Shown here: positions 23,130-32,000 of the stretch, piece by piece
Layout of the letters: every line of letters starts with the position of its first letter
Position numbering within the stretch: the stretch's first letter is position 1
Source of the DNA: Synechocystis sp. PCC 6803 substr. PCC-P
GTDB lineage: Bacteria; Cyanobacteriota; Cyanobacteriia; Cyanobacteriales; Microcystaceae
DNA: 32,000 bases
Assembly (NCBI RefSeq): GCF_000284455.1
Contig: NC_017039.1
Coordinates: 1,830,001 to 1,862,000 of the forward strand
Direction of reading: 5' to 3'
Notes under the pieces: generated by a model
Databases searched by the model: none
The model's input: the letters and a program-made list of their open reading frames with translations, nothing else
What the model was told of the DNA's origin: nothing
Program-made: the position numbers and the translations under genes

Positions 23130-25010
23130 ATGAAAGCCCAATCAGAACCTCGGTTTGATTACGTCAAAATTGCGATCGCCTCCCCCGAAAGGATCCGCCA
23201 GTGGGGAGAACGCACCCTACCGAACGGCACCGTAGTGGGGGAAGTGACCAAACCCGAAACCATTAACTACCGGACGTTAAAGCCGGAAATGGACGGTCTG
23301 TTCTGTGAAAAAATCTTTGGTCCTTCCAAGGATTGGGAATGCTGGTGTGGCAAATATAAACGGGTACGGCACCGGGGCATTGTTTGTGAGCGCTGTGGCG
23401 TGGAAGTAACGGAATCTAGGGTTCGTCGTCACCGCATGGGCTACATCAAATTAGCCGCCCCCGTCACCCACGTTTGGTATCTCAAAGGCATCCCTAGCTA
23501 TCTCAGCATTCTTTTGGACATGGCCCTGCGGGATGTGGAGCAGATCGTTTACTTCAACGCCTACGTGGTGCTCAACCCCGGCAATGCCAGCAATCTGCAA
23601 TATAAGCAACTCCTGACTGAAGACCAGTGGGTAGAAATTGAAGACCAAATTTATGCTGAAGATTCTGAGCTAGAAGGTATCGAAGTGGGCATTGGTGCGG
23701 AAGCGGTGCAAAGGCTCTTAGCAGAATTGCAACTGGAAGAAGTGGCGGAAAAGCTCCGGGAAGAAATTCTGGCTAGTAAAGGACAAAAGCGGGCCAAGCT
23801 GATTAAACGTCTGCGGGTAATTGATAATTTCATCGCTACCCACTCCCAAGCGGAATGGATGACCTTGGATGTGATCCCTGTTATTCCGCCAGATTTACGT
23901 CCCATGGTGCAGTTGGATGGGGGGCGCTTTGCCACCTCTGACCTGAATGATCTCTATCGTCGGGTAATCAACCGTAATAACCGTCTGGCCCGTCTGCAGG
24001 AAATCCTCGCCCCGGAAATCATTGTCCGCAACGAAAAGCGGATGCTCCAGGAAGCAGTGGATGCCCTGATCGATAATGGTCGCCGGGGTCGCACCGTCGT
24101 GGGTGCCAATAACCGGGCGTTGAAATCCCTTTCCGACATCATTGAAGGTAAGCAGGGTCGTTTCCGTCAAAACCTCTTGGGTAAACGGGTGGACTACTCC
24201 GGTCGTTCCGTTATTGTGGTGGGCCCCAACCTCAAAATTTACCAATGCGGTCTGCCCCGGGAAATGGCGATCGAGCTATTCCAGCCCTTTGTGATTCACC
24301 GTCTGATCAAACTAGGCATTGTTAACAACATCAAAGCGGCCAAGAAATTGATTCTCAAGGGCGATCCGCAAATTTGGAGCGTATTGGAGGAAGTGATCAC
24401 TGGACACCCCGTTATGCTCAACCGGGCACCCACTCTGCACCGTTTGGGTATCCAAGCCTTTGAGCCAATTTTGGTGGAAGGGCGAGCCATCCAACTCCAT
24501 CCCCTGGTGTGTCCTGCTTTTAACGCTGACTTCGACGGGGACCAAATGGCTGTACACGTCCCCCTTTCCCTAGAGGCCCAATGTGAAGCCCGGCTGTTGA
24601 TGCTGGCTTGCCATAACGTTCTTTCCCCCGCTACAGGTAAACCCATTGTGGCTCCCTCCCAGGACATGGTATTGGGCTGTTATTACCTCACCGCAGAAAA
24701 TCCCAATGCCCAAAAGGGAGCAGGACGTTACTTTGCCGGGATCGAAGATGCCTTGCGGGCCTATGACCACGGCCAAGTGGATCTCCACTCCCAAATTTGG
24801 ATTCGCCATCTGGATGAAGATGTGGTGACGGAAAAACCAGACACAGAGGTCATCAAAACCGAGGATTTGGGGGATGGCACGGTGATGAAATATTACCGGG
24901 AACGGAAAATCCGTGAAGGAGTTGATGGGGAGATTATTACTCAGTACATTCAGACGACTCCGGGGCGGATCATTTACAACAAAACGATCGCCGAAGCGTT
25001 GGTGTTCTAA
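23130..25010 (+). CDS. rpoC1: DNA-directed RNA polymerase gamma subunit (N-terminal half of beta-prime)
   Basis: The track ORF starts at a TTG (23121). The ATG at 23130 gives 626 aa, [28 protein letters not shown].... It has the Zn-finger [23 protein letters not shown] and the catalytic NADFDGD motif. It ends after about 626 aa, as is typical of the cyanobacterial split beta-prime. Confidence 0.97.
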   Translation: MKAQSEPRFDYVKIAIASPERIRQWGERTLPNGTVVGEVTKPETINYRTLKPEMDGLFCEKIFGPSKDWECWCGKYKRVRHRGIVCERCGVEVTESRVRRHRMGYIKLAAPVTHVWYLKGIPSYLSILLDMALRDVEQIVYFNAYVVLNPGNASNLQYKQLLTEDQWVEIEDQIYAEDSELEGIEVGIGAEAVQRLLAELQLEEVAEKLREEILASKGQKRAKLIKRLRVIDNFIATHSQAEWMTLDVIPVIPPDLRPMVQLDGGRFATSDLNDLYRRVINRNNRLARLQEILAPEIIVRNEKRMLQEAVDALIDNGRRGRTVVGANNRALKSLSDIIEGKQGRFRQNLLGKRVDYSGRSVIVVGPNLKIYQCGLPREMAIELFQPFVIHRLIKLGIVNNIKAAKKLILKGDPQIWSVLEEVITGHPVMLNRAPTLHRLGIQAFEPILVEGRAIQLHPLVCPAFNADFDGDQMAVHVPLSLEAQCEARLLMLACHNVLSPATGKPIVAPSQDMVLGCYYLTAENPNAQKGAGRYFAGIEDALRAYDHGQVDLHSQIWIRHLDEDVVTEKPDTEVIKTEDLGDGTVMKYYRERKIREGVDGEIITQYIQTTPGRIIYNKTIAEALVF

Positions 25011-25038
25011 GCCTAGCTAAAGCCGTTAGTAGTTTATC

Positions 25039-25075
25039 CAGCCGTTTAACTTTTTGCAGTTGCGGCTGTTTTTTT
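25039..25075 (+). terminator. Rho-independent terminator of rpoC1
   Basis: A stem, cagccg (25039-25044) with cggctg (25063-25068), plus an inner aac/gtt extension. Seven T residues follow (25069-25075). It starts 29 bp after the rpoC1 stop. Confidence 0.6.
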
Positions 25076-25097
25076 GGAATAAACAGGATGAGAATGT

Positions 25098-26945
25098 TTA
25101 ATCTAGCTCAAATTCTTCCTGCCATTTTTGATCCTGCTCCCTTTGGGGTTGGGCGGTTTTAGCTAAAACAAAATTTTCCAACACCAAGTAATCCATTTCC
25201 GTCCGCATAAAGCAACGGTAGGCATCTTCTGGGGTGCAGACAATGGGTTCCCCGCGCACGTTGAAGGAAGTATTAACCAGTACTCCACAGTCTGTCAGGG
25301 CTTCAAATTGACGCAGTAGTTGATAGTAGCGGGGATTGGTTTCCGGATGAACGGTTTGAATTCGAGCAGAATTGTCCACATGGGTGATGGCAGGTAGTTG
25401 GGACCGGGGAATGTTTAATTTTTCAATGCCAAATAGTTGCTCTTGTTCAGGAGTCAATGGCAAACGCAATTCTTCCCTTACATCGGCCACAATAAGCATA
25501 TAGGGGCTGGGTTGGTCTAGCTCAAAATAATCACCCACTTTTTCGGCCAACACGGACGGGGCAAAGGGGCGAAAGGACTCCCGGTATTTGATTTTCAAAT
25601 TCATCACCGATTGCATGGTGGTGTTGCGGGGATCTCCTATGATGGAACGTCCACCCAGGGCCCGGGGTCCAAATTCCATCCTTCCTTGGAACCAACCCAC
25701 CACATTGCCTCCGGCGAGGATATGGGCCACTTTGCCAAATAAATCTTCATCGGAGTAATAGTCGTAAACTGCTTGTACAGCGGGACCTTTCAGATAAGTT
25801 TCAATTTCTTCGTTGGTAAACCTAGGGCCTAGGTAGGAACCGGCCATGGCATCGGGTTTTCGCACCATTCTTTCATTCTGTAAATACTGGTGCCATACTG
25901 ATAGGGCCGCTCCGATCGCCCCTCCCGCATCTCCAGCGGCCGGTTGAATCCAAATATTTTTAAATTTGCCTTCCCGTAGTAAGCGACCATTGGCCACACA
26001 GTTGAGGGCTACCCCCCCGGCCAAACAAAGATTTTCCAGCCCCAATTCTTCGTACACCGTATTGCCCAAGCGGAGCACGACTTTTTCCGTTACCACTTGA
26101 ATGGAAGCGGCAATGTCCATTTCCCTTTGGGTTAACGGACTTTCCGGCGATCGCCGGGGCGCACCAAACAGATCGGCAAACTTTTTATTGGTCATGGTGA
26201 GACCAGTGGCATAGTTAAAGTAAGCCATGTTGAGGCGAAACGTGCCGTCAGCCTTCAAATCCAACAGATTATCTAAAATTAAATCCACATATTTCGGTTC
26301 TCCGTAGGGGGCCAAACCCATCAGTTTATATTCGCCAGAATTAACCTTAAAACCCGTGTAGTAGGTAAAAGCGGAGTAGAGCAGACCCAAGGAATGGGGA
26401 AAATGAATTTCCCAATGGGGCGTTAACTGATTACCTTGGCCAGACCAAAGGGAAGTGGTGGCCCATTCCCCCACCCCATCCATACAGAGCACTGCCGCCT
26501 CATCAAAAGGACTGGGGAAAAAAGCTGAAGCGGCGTGGGATTGGTGATGTTCGTTAAATAACAAAGGAGGCAAATCTTTGGTCTTACAGTCGCCCAATTC
26601 TGCTAGGGCTTTTTTTAAGACAGTTTTGAGGTAAAGTTTTTCCTGCAACCAAGCGGACATGGCGGCAATGAAAGACCGCAATCCCCTGGGGGCAAAAGCC
26701 AGATAGGTTTCCAGTAACCGTTCAAAGGTCACTAAGGGCTTTTCGTAGAAAACAATATAATCCACTTCTTTTAAACTAATACCTGCTTCCCCAAGACAAT
26801 AATTAATGCCTTGGGTGGGAAAAGAAGCGTCGTGTTTTTTGCGGGTAAATCTTTCTTCCTGCACTGCCGCCACAATAACGCCATCTTTGACCAGGGCCGC
26901 CGCACTGTCGTGGTAGTAAGCAGAAATGCCAAGAATATGAGTCAC
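25098..26945 (-). CDS. NodU/CmcH-family carbamoyltransferase
   Basis: 615 aa. The N-terminus (M)THILGISAYYHDSAAALVKDG is the typical carbamoyltransferase start. The family length also fits. The only possible start is the GTG at 26945, because an in-frame TAG lies 3 codons upstream. Probably sll1178. Confidence 0.9.
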   Translation of the reverse strand: MTHILGISAYYHDSAAALVKDGVIVAAVQEERFTRKKHDASFPTQGINYCLGEAGISLKEVDYIVFYEKPLVTFERLLETYLAFAPRGLRSFIAAMSAWLQEKLYLKTVLKKALAELGDCKTKDLPPLLFNEHHQSHAASAFFPSPFDEAAVLCMDGVGEWATTSLWSGQGNQLTPHWEIHFPHSLGLLYSAFTYYTGFKVNSGEYKLMGLAPYGEPKYVDLILDNLLDLKADGTFRLNMAYFNYATGLTMTNKKFADLFGAPRRSPESPLTQREMDIAASIQVVTEKVVLRLGNTVYEELGLENLCLAGGVALNCVANGRLLREGKFKNIWIQPAAGDAGGAIGAALSVWHQYLQNERMVRKPDAMAGSYLGPRFTNEEIETYLKGPAVQAVYDYYSDEDLFGKVAHILAGGNVVGWFQGRMEFGPRALGGRSIIGDPRNTTMQSVMNLKIKYRESFRPFAPSVLAEKVGDYFELDQPSPYMLIVADVREELRLPLTPEQEQLFGIEKLNIPRSQLPAITHVDNSARIQTVHPETNPRYYQLLRQFEALTDCGVLVNTSFNVRGEPIVCTPEDAYRCFMRTEMDYLVLENFVLAKTAQPQREQDQKWQEEFELD

Positions 26946-27074
26946 GTTAAACTATCCTGACCAAAGGGAATGTTGGTGTCGCTGTCAATGGGTCGCCCCG
27001 TATAATAACTTGGGTTGGGAACTAGACCGATCGCCAATCCGTTTATCTTTCATAGAAGCCGGGATTTATCAGCT

Positions 27075-27632
27075 ATGTCGAAGAATTTTAACTTGCTATT
27101 GGGCACCCTGGTGGGGGTTAGTTTAGTTTTTCCCCAGGCGATCGCCGTCCAAGCCCAAACAGACCCTTTTCCCGCCAATGCCACCTTTTTTACCGGCACT
27201 CCCCCCAGTTTGGCCGATGTGGATGCGGACTTTAACGGCATTAATATCCCCAACAGCAGATATTTTTTTAGTGTTAGTCTGCCTGCGGGAGAAATTGAGC
27301 CCCTAGGCAAGGTAGTGCTGCACCAACAACCCAATCCCTCTCCTATTAGTCTGGATTTAAGTCAAACAGAAGTATTTTTGGGCCTGCCTTCCCAACGGGG
27401 TAACGACTTGGCCAGTTCTGCGGTTTCCACCAGCGGCGATTCCCAAACCATTGTGGTGCAGTTCAATCCCCCCATTGCTCCTGGTAACACCGTCACTATT
27501 GCTCTGCTAGCGGAGCAAAACCCAGAAGTGGCAGGGGTCTATCAGTTTCGAGTACAAGCCTTTCCCTCCGGGCCAGCCTCTGTTGGTCTAGATTTGGGCG
27601 TGGGACGGTTACAATTTTACGAAAATCGCTAG
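27075..27632 (+). CDS. Secreted protein of unknown function (possibly DUF2808-like)
   Basis: The track ORF starts at a TTG (27015). The ATG at 27075 gives MSKNFNLLLGTLVGVSLVFPQAIAVQAQ, a signal peptide. The stop is 4 bp before the ftsW ATG. Confidence 0.7.
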   Translation: MSKNFNLLLGTLVGVSLVFPQAIAVQAQTDPFPANATFFTGTPPSLADVDADFNGINIPNSRYFFSVSLPAGEIEPLGKVVLHQQPNPSPISLDLSQTEVFLGLPSQRGNDLASSAVSTSGDSQTIVVQFNPPIAPGNTVTIALLAEQNPEVAGVYQFRVQAFPSGPASVGLDLGVGRLQFYENR

Positions 27633-27636
27633 CTCC

Positions 27637-28818
27637 ATGATCACCGCCGCCAATTTGCTCCGAATCATTTTCCCCTTTTATGACCCTGAGGTACTGCGGT
27701 GGTCGGGGGAAGCCCGTTTGATGCGGACTTTGTTCTTCGCCTGGATGGCAATGGGCGTGGTGGTGCTATTTTCCGCTTCCTATGCGGAAAGTCTGGATAC
27801 CAGCGGCACAGGCCTGAGCATTATCCTCAAACAAATTGCCTATCTTTGGCTGGGGCTAAATATTTTTAATTTTCTGGTGCGTTTGCCCCTCCAGGTCTGC
27901 CTCAAGCTAGTGCCCTGGTTTTTGATTGTGGTTTTACTGCTGATTTTTTTGACCAAAAGCGGTTTGGGAGTGGAAGTAAATGGGGCCCGTCGTTGGATTA
28001 GTTTGGGACCAATCTTGATCCAGCCGTCAGAATTTATGAAGCCCTGTTTAGTGCTGCAGGCGGCTAATTTGTTCGGCAATTGGCATCGTTTCCCTTGGCG
28101 ATCGCGCCTCATTTGGTTGGGCATTTTTGCCCTAACCCTAGGTAGTATTTTGCTCCAGCCCAACTTGAGCACCACTGCCCTGTGCGGCATGGGGTTATGG
28201 TTAATTGCCCTAGCGTCCGGTCTTCCCTGGATTTATCTCATTTCCACTGCTCTGCTGGGGATAACCACTGCAGTGACAAGTATTTCCATCCGGGACTATC
28301 AACGGGCTCGGGTCACCTCTTTCCTCGACCCCTTTGCCGACCCGAGGGGCGATGGTTACCAGTTGGTGCAAAGTTTATACGCGATCGCCTCTGGGGGAGT
28401 TCTCGGGAGGGGATTTGGCATGTCCCAGCAAAAATTATTCTATTTGCCCATCCAAACCACGGATTTTATTTTTGCTGTCTTTGCGGAAGAATTTGGGCTA
28501 GTGGGCTGCATTACCTTTTTAGCGTTCCTCGGCCTATTTACCACCATGGGGCTGCGGGTGGCCATGCGTTGTCGCCATCGGGTCAAACGATTAATTGGTT
28601 TGGGAGTAGTGATATTTCTAGTGGGTCAATCTCTGCTCAACATTGGTGTGGCCAGTGGCGCTCTGCCCACCACCGGTTTACCTCTGCCATTTTTCAGCTA
28701 TGGTGGTAGTTCCTGTTTATCAAGTCTAGTCTTAGCAGGGCTTTTGGTGCGGGTGGCCAGGGAAAGCAATGAAGCAGAAGTGATTCCCCTAGGAACAAAA
28801 ACTGCTCCGGCGGTTTAA
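27637..28818 (+). CDS. ftsW: SEDS-family peptidoglycan glycosyltransferase (FtsW/RodA/SpoVE)
   Basis: 393 aa with about 10 TM helices. SEDS-typical segments: [56 protein letters not shown] and [12 protein letters not shown]. The ftsW versus rodA assignment comes from remembered synteny (slr1267). Confidence 0.85.
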
Positions 28819-28843
28819 TTTTCAATTGTTATCGAAACTTTCT

Positions 28844-30400
28844 ATGGCGGGTAAAACCACTGGGGTTGTGGCGGCGGGCCATGCCCAAACGGCAGAAGCG
28901 GGCAAATGTATGCTCGAAGAAGGGGGCAATGCCTTCGATGCGGCGATCGCCTCGGTGTTGGCGGCCTGCGTAGTGGAATCGAGTTTAACTTCCCTGGGGG
29001 GAGGGGGTTTTCTGCTGGCCCAGACGGCGGCGAAGAAGAGTTACCTGTTCGATTTTTTCTGCCAAACACCCCAAGTTAACCCAGGGGAAAAAGCAGTGGA
29101 CTTCTACCCCGTTGCCCTCAATTTTGGTGGAGCTTGGCAAACTTTTCACATTGGTAAAGGGGCGATCGCCGTGCCGGGGATGGTGGCGGGATTATTTGCG
29201 GCCCATAGGAAACTGGGGCAGCTACCTTTCAAAGTATTGATTGAACCAGCGGTGGCATATGCCCGCCAGGGATTTACCCTCAACCGTTTCAATGACTTTA
29301 CCAATGGTCTGCTGGAGCCAATTCTGACCCAACAAGAGGAAGGCAGAAAGTTTTACGCTCCCCAAGGAAAAATTCTCCGCCAAGGGGAAAAGGCCTATCT
29401 GCCCCAGTTTGCGGACGTGCTGGAACAATTGGCTCGCCATGGCCCGGATTGGTTTTACCGGGGAGAGTTAACCGAGTGGGTGCTGGAATCTTTGGGGGAA
29501 GCCAGTGCTCTGACCGCCAAGGACTGGGCCGACTATCAGGTGGAAATTCGTCTACCCCTGCGGGCCCAATATCGCCAACGGCAACTGTTAACCAATCCTC
29601 CCCCCAGTGCCGGAGGCATTCTCATTGCTTTTGCTTTGCAGTTGCTAGAAAAATACGATTTGAGCCAATATCCCCTGGGCAGTGCGGCACAAATTCAGCT
29701 TTTTAGCCAAGTGATGGCCCTGAGTAACCAAGCCCGTCGGCAATATTTAGATGGCAATCTCCACTGTGGGGACATTGAAGCAAAATTTCTCGGCGGCGAT
29801 CGCCTGGCCTCGGAACTAGGACAATCAAAATTTATCAATAAATTGGGTAGCACCACCCACATCAGTGTTTTAGACGGAGAGGGCAATGCCGCCAGCTTAA
29901 CCAGTTCCAATGGGGAGGGGTCTGGGCATTTTATTCCCGGCACGGGCATTATGCTGAACAACATGTTGGGGGAAGAAGACCTCAATCCCCAGGGCTTTTA
30001 CCAATGGCCACCGGGGCAACGCCTATCATCGATGATGGCCCCCACTATACTTTTAGACCAGGAACAACCCCGGCTAGTTTTGGGGTCAGGGGGATCAAAT
30101 CGCATTCGTAGTGCCATTTTGCAGGTGGTCTGTCATCACCTAGATTACCAATTACCCTTAGCCGAAGCGGTGGGGCGGGAACGTATTCATTGGGAGGCCC
30201 ATAAATTAGATTTGGAGCCAACCTCTGTAGCTGATATTCTGGCCCAGTTGCGATTTGACGACGGCACCCAGGGTACCCTTTGGACGGAACAAAATATGTT
30301 TTTTGGGGGAGTTCATGGGGTTGCCACCACCACTGCGGGGACCATGGAAGGGGTTGGAGATCCCCGGCGATCGGGGGCCGTGGCCTACAGTCTGGAATAA
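28844..30400 (+). CDS. ggt: Gamma-glutamyltranspeptidase
   Basis: The track ORF starts at a TTG (28826). The ATG at 28844 gives 518 aa. It has the GGT autoprocessing and nucleophile site [11 protein letters not shown] and [11 protein letters not shown] near the C-terminus. Confidence 0.88.
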
Positions 30401-30496
30401 CATTGGTTACAATTCTTAGGGCAATGCGGTAAGTTATTTAGCGAACAGCGTTTCCCCTTTTTGCGATTACGGCTGAGTTGTCTGGTCACATTCCCA

Positions 30497-32000
30497 ATGA
30501 AATCAATCCATCCGCTCAAATTTTGGTCTTCTTCCACTCTGTTGTTGCTACTCAGCACCAGCGTCGGTGTCTTTTTGCCCGGCTTCAGTGGCGGCCAGGG
30601 GGCGATCGCCGTGGCCCAAAGTGTTTCTCCTCCGGACAATGCACCATCGGCAGAAACAGGAAATAATGCTGATGACAGTGGGTTTCCTCTTCCCCAATTA
30701 CCGGACACAGCGCCCAACGAGCGCTTAAATCCCTCCGGTAACCCCCTCATGTTTCCCACCAAGCCCGACGAGGTGGACACCACAGTTCGGCAAGCTATTA
30801 CTTTGGACGAAGCCATTGATCTGGCCCTGAGAAATAATGAACAACTCCAGCAGGCCAAGCTATCCCTAGAGCAACAGGAAGCTGGTTTAATGGCGGCAAG
30901 GGCGGCCCTTTTCCCTAGCCTGGACACGGATTTTACCTTTAGTCGGGATAGTAGTGCGGCGGCCGAAGCCACCAATGCCCTCATTGCCAACCAGAATCAA
31001 ACCACTACCGTCAACCCAGAACTGCGTTCGGAAACTAGCACCAATGCAGTGGGTAACATCAACCTGACCTATAGTATTTATGCCGGGGGGGAAAGGAGCG
31101 CCCAAATTGCCAAAGCCGAGCAGTTGGTGCAAAACAGTCGCCTCCAGGTGGAAGTGGTGGCAGAACAAACCCGCTTTGAAGCCACAGATCGTTACTATGC
31201 TCTCCAGGGGGCCGATGCCCAGGTGGCGATCGCCCAAGCCTCCGTGGAAGATGCTTCCCAGAGTTTGCGGGATGCCCGTTTGTTAGAACAGGCCGGGTTG
31301 GGCACCCGCTTTGACGTGTTACGGGCGGAAGGAGATTTGGCCACCGCCAACGAAGCTTTAACCAGGTCGATCGCCGATCAACGCAATGCCCGCCGCCGTC
31401 TGGCCCAATTGTTGAGCGTGGGGCAACGGGTGGAATTAACCGCCGCCGATGAAATTGTGGAAGCCGGGGATTGGAGCTTACCCCTGGATGAAAGCATTGT
31501 TCAAGCCTATAAAAACCGGGCTGAACTGGAGCAACAATTGGTGCAAATTGAAGTGAGCGAACAGGACCGCTACATTGCCCTGGCAGCCATTAAACCCAGG
31601 GTGGATTTTCTGGCCAATTACACCTACCAAAATAATTTTGATAGCAGTGCCGGGTTAGTGGATGGTTATGCCTTTGCCGCTCGAGTACGGTGGAACTTTT
31701 TTGACGGGGGCCGGGCCTTTGCCGAAGCTCGCCGGGCTGATCGCCAGATGGACATTGCTAAAACTGCTTTTTCTGAGCAAAGAAACCAAATTCGTTTGGA
31801 AGTAGAGGAATCCTACTACACCCTAATTTCCAACAAGGAAAATATTGGCAGTACCCGCACCAACGTCATTCGTTTTGAAGAAGCCCTCCGTTTAGCTCGA
31901 CTACGGTTCCAGGCTGGGGTAGGCACCCAAACGGACGTTATTAACGCCCAGCGGGACTTAGCCAACGCCCGGGGAAGGTTCCTACAGGCGATTATTGGCT
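30497..32000 (+). CDS. tolC: TolC-like outer membrane efflux protein, 5' part (runs off the right edge)
   Basis: Absent from the track because it is open at the edge. Hand translation: MKSIHPLKFWSSSTLLLLLSTSVGVFLPGFSGG..., a signal peptide. Then LDEAIDLALRNNEQLQQAKLSLEQQEAGLMAARAALFPSL... and a second repeat, ...AYKNRAELEQQLVQIEVSEQDRYIALAAIKPRVDF..., which is the OEP-family tandem-repeat pattern. Probably slr1270. Confidence 0.85.
   Translation, partial: MKSIHPLKFWSSSTLLLLLSTSVGVFLPGFSGGQGAIAVAQSVSPPDNAPSAETGNNADDSGFPLPQLPDTAPNERLNPSGNPLMFPTKPDEVDTTVRQAITLDEAIDLALRNNEQLQQAKLSLEQQEAGLMAARAALFPSLDTDFTFSRDSSAAAEATNALIANQNQTTTVNPELRSETSTNAVGNINLTYSIYAGGERSAQIAKAEQLVQNSRLQVEVVAEQTRFEATDRYYALQGADAQVAIAQASVEDASQSLRDARLLEQAGLGTRFDVLRAEGDLATANEALTRSIADQRNARRRLAQLLSVGQRVELTAADEIVEAGDWSLPLDESIVQAYKNRAELEQQLVQIEVSEQDRYIALAAIKPRVDFLANYTYQNNFDSSAGLVDGYAFAARVRWNFFDGGRAFAEARRADRQMDIAKTAFSEQRNQIRLEVEESYYTLISNKENIGSTRTNVIRFEEALRLARLRFQAGVGTQTDVINAQRDLANARGRFLQAIIG

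Noticed and set aside
28182-28709. 175-aa + strand ORF in an alternative frame inside ftsW
   Set aside because: It is completely embedded in the SEDS-family frame, which has strong family motifs. The alternative frame is Cys/His/Ser/Gly-rich with no recognisable domain.
30385-30990. 201-aa minus-strand ORF overlapping the tolC 5' region
   Set aside because: It is antisense to a well-supported TolC-like reading frame that has a signal peptide and OEP repeats. Its sequence is low-complexity and Ala/Ser/Arg-rich, as is typical of the reverse frame of GC-rich coding DNA. It has no motifs.
1-32000. Search for mobile elements, integrases, prophage or classic defence islands
   Set aside because: No transposase, integrase, recombinase, restriction-modification, Cas or reverse-transcriptase-like ORF was seen in any frame of the track. 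The only accessory-like trace is the decayed MNT/HepT relic at 9819-10045.

Overview
The window reads as cyanobacterial chromosome, almost certainly Synechocystis sp. PCC 6803 or a very close relative. The basis is about 31 hand-counted perfect copies of the HIP1 palindrome GCGATCGC, a split RNA polymerase beta-prime gene (rpoC1/gamma), and a gene order that matches what I remember around sll1383-sll1369 and sll1182-sll1178/slr1265-slr1270. Locus tags are from memory and need BLAST confirmation. It is densely coding housekeeping and envelope DNA. I found no CRISPR array, rRNA, transposase or integrase.

Left to right:
- IMPase-family gene (partial)
- FdC2-type ferredoxin (fed2)
- tRNA-Ser(GGA) and SRP RNA (ffs)
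- NlpC/P60 hydrolase, a small coiled-coil/TM protein, and a signal-peptide-bearing GUN4-domain protein
- pyrB, preceded by three perfect tandem 10-bp repeats
- tRNA-Ser(GCU) and a secreted protein of unknown function
- GT2 monoglucosyl-diacylglycerol synthase (mgdA) and a SpoIIM/DUF95-like membrane protein
- a fatty-acid-hydroxylase/SDR fusion
- a decayed MNT/HepT-like toxin-antitoxin relic
- a GPH sugar:cation symporter preceded by an unlisted 46-codon membrane ORF
- two uncharacterised polytopic membrane proteins, then the cAMP receptor protein sycrp1
- mannose-1-P guanylyltransferase, a PBP4-type DD-peptidase, and a Tat-lipoprotein Rieske protein (petC3)
- a HlyD/HlyB-type type I secretion pair
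- stand-alone rpoC1 and a NodU/CmcH-type carbamoyltransferase
- a secreted DUF2808-like protein, ftsW, ggt, and the 5' part of a TolC-like outer membrane protein

Most worth following up:
- The T1SS ABC exporter has an extra N-terminal cyclic-nucleotide-binding-like domain whose phosphate-binding Arg looks substituted. Its C39-like domain lacks the catalytic Cys.
- The Rieske gene sits directly behind hlyD.
- mgdA lies next to a hydroxylase-SDR fusion with the domain architecture I recall for the MGlcDG epimerase MgdE.
- The GUN4-domain protein appears to be exported.
- A tandem repeat carrying SD-like motifs abuts the pyrB start codon.
- A CRP-type palindrome lies upstream of sycrp1.
- A small TM ORF is coupled to the GPH transporter.

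All domain calls come from motif reading by eye. No searches were run.
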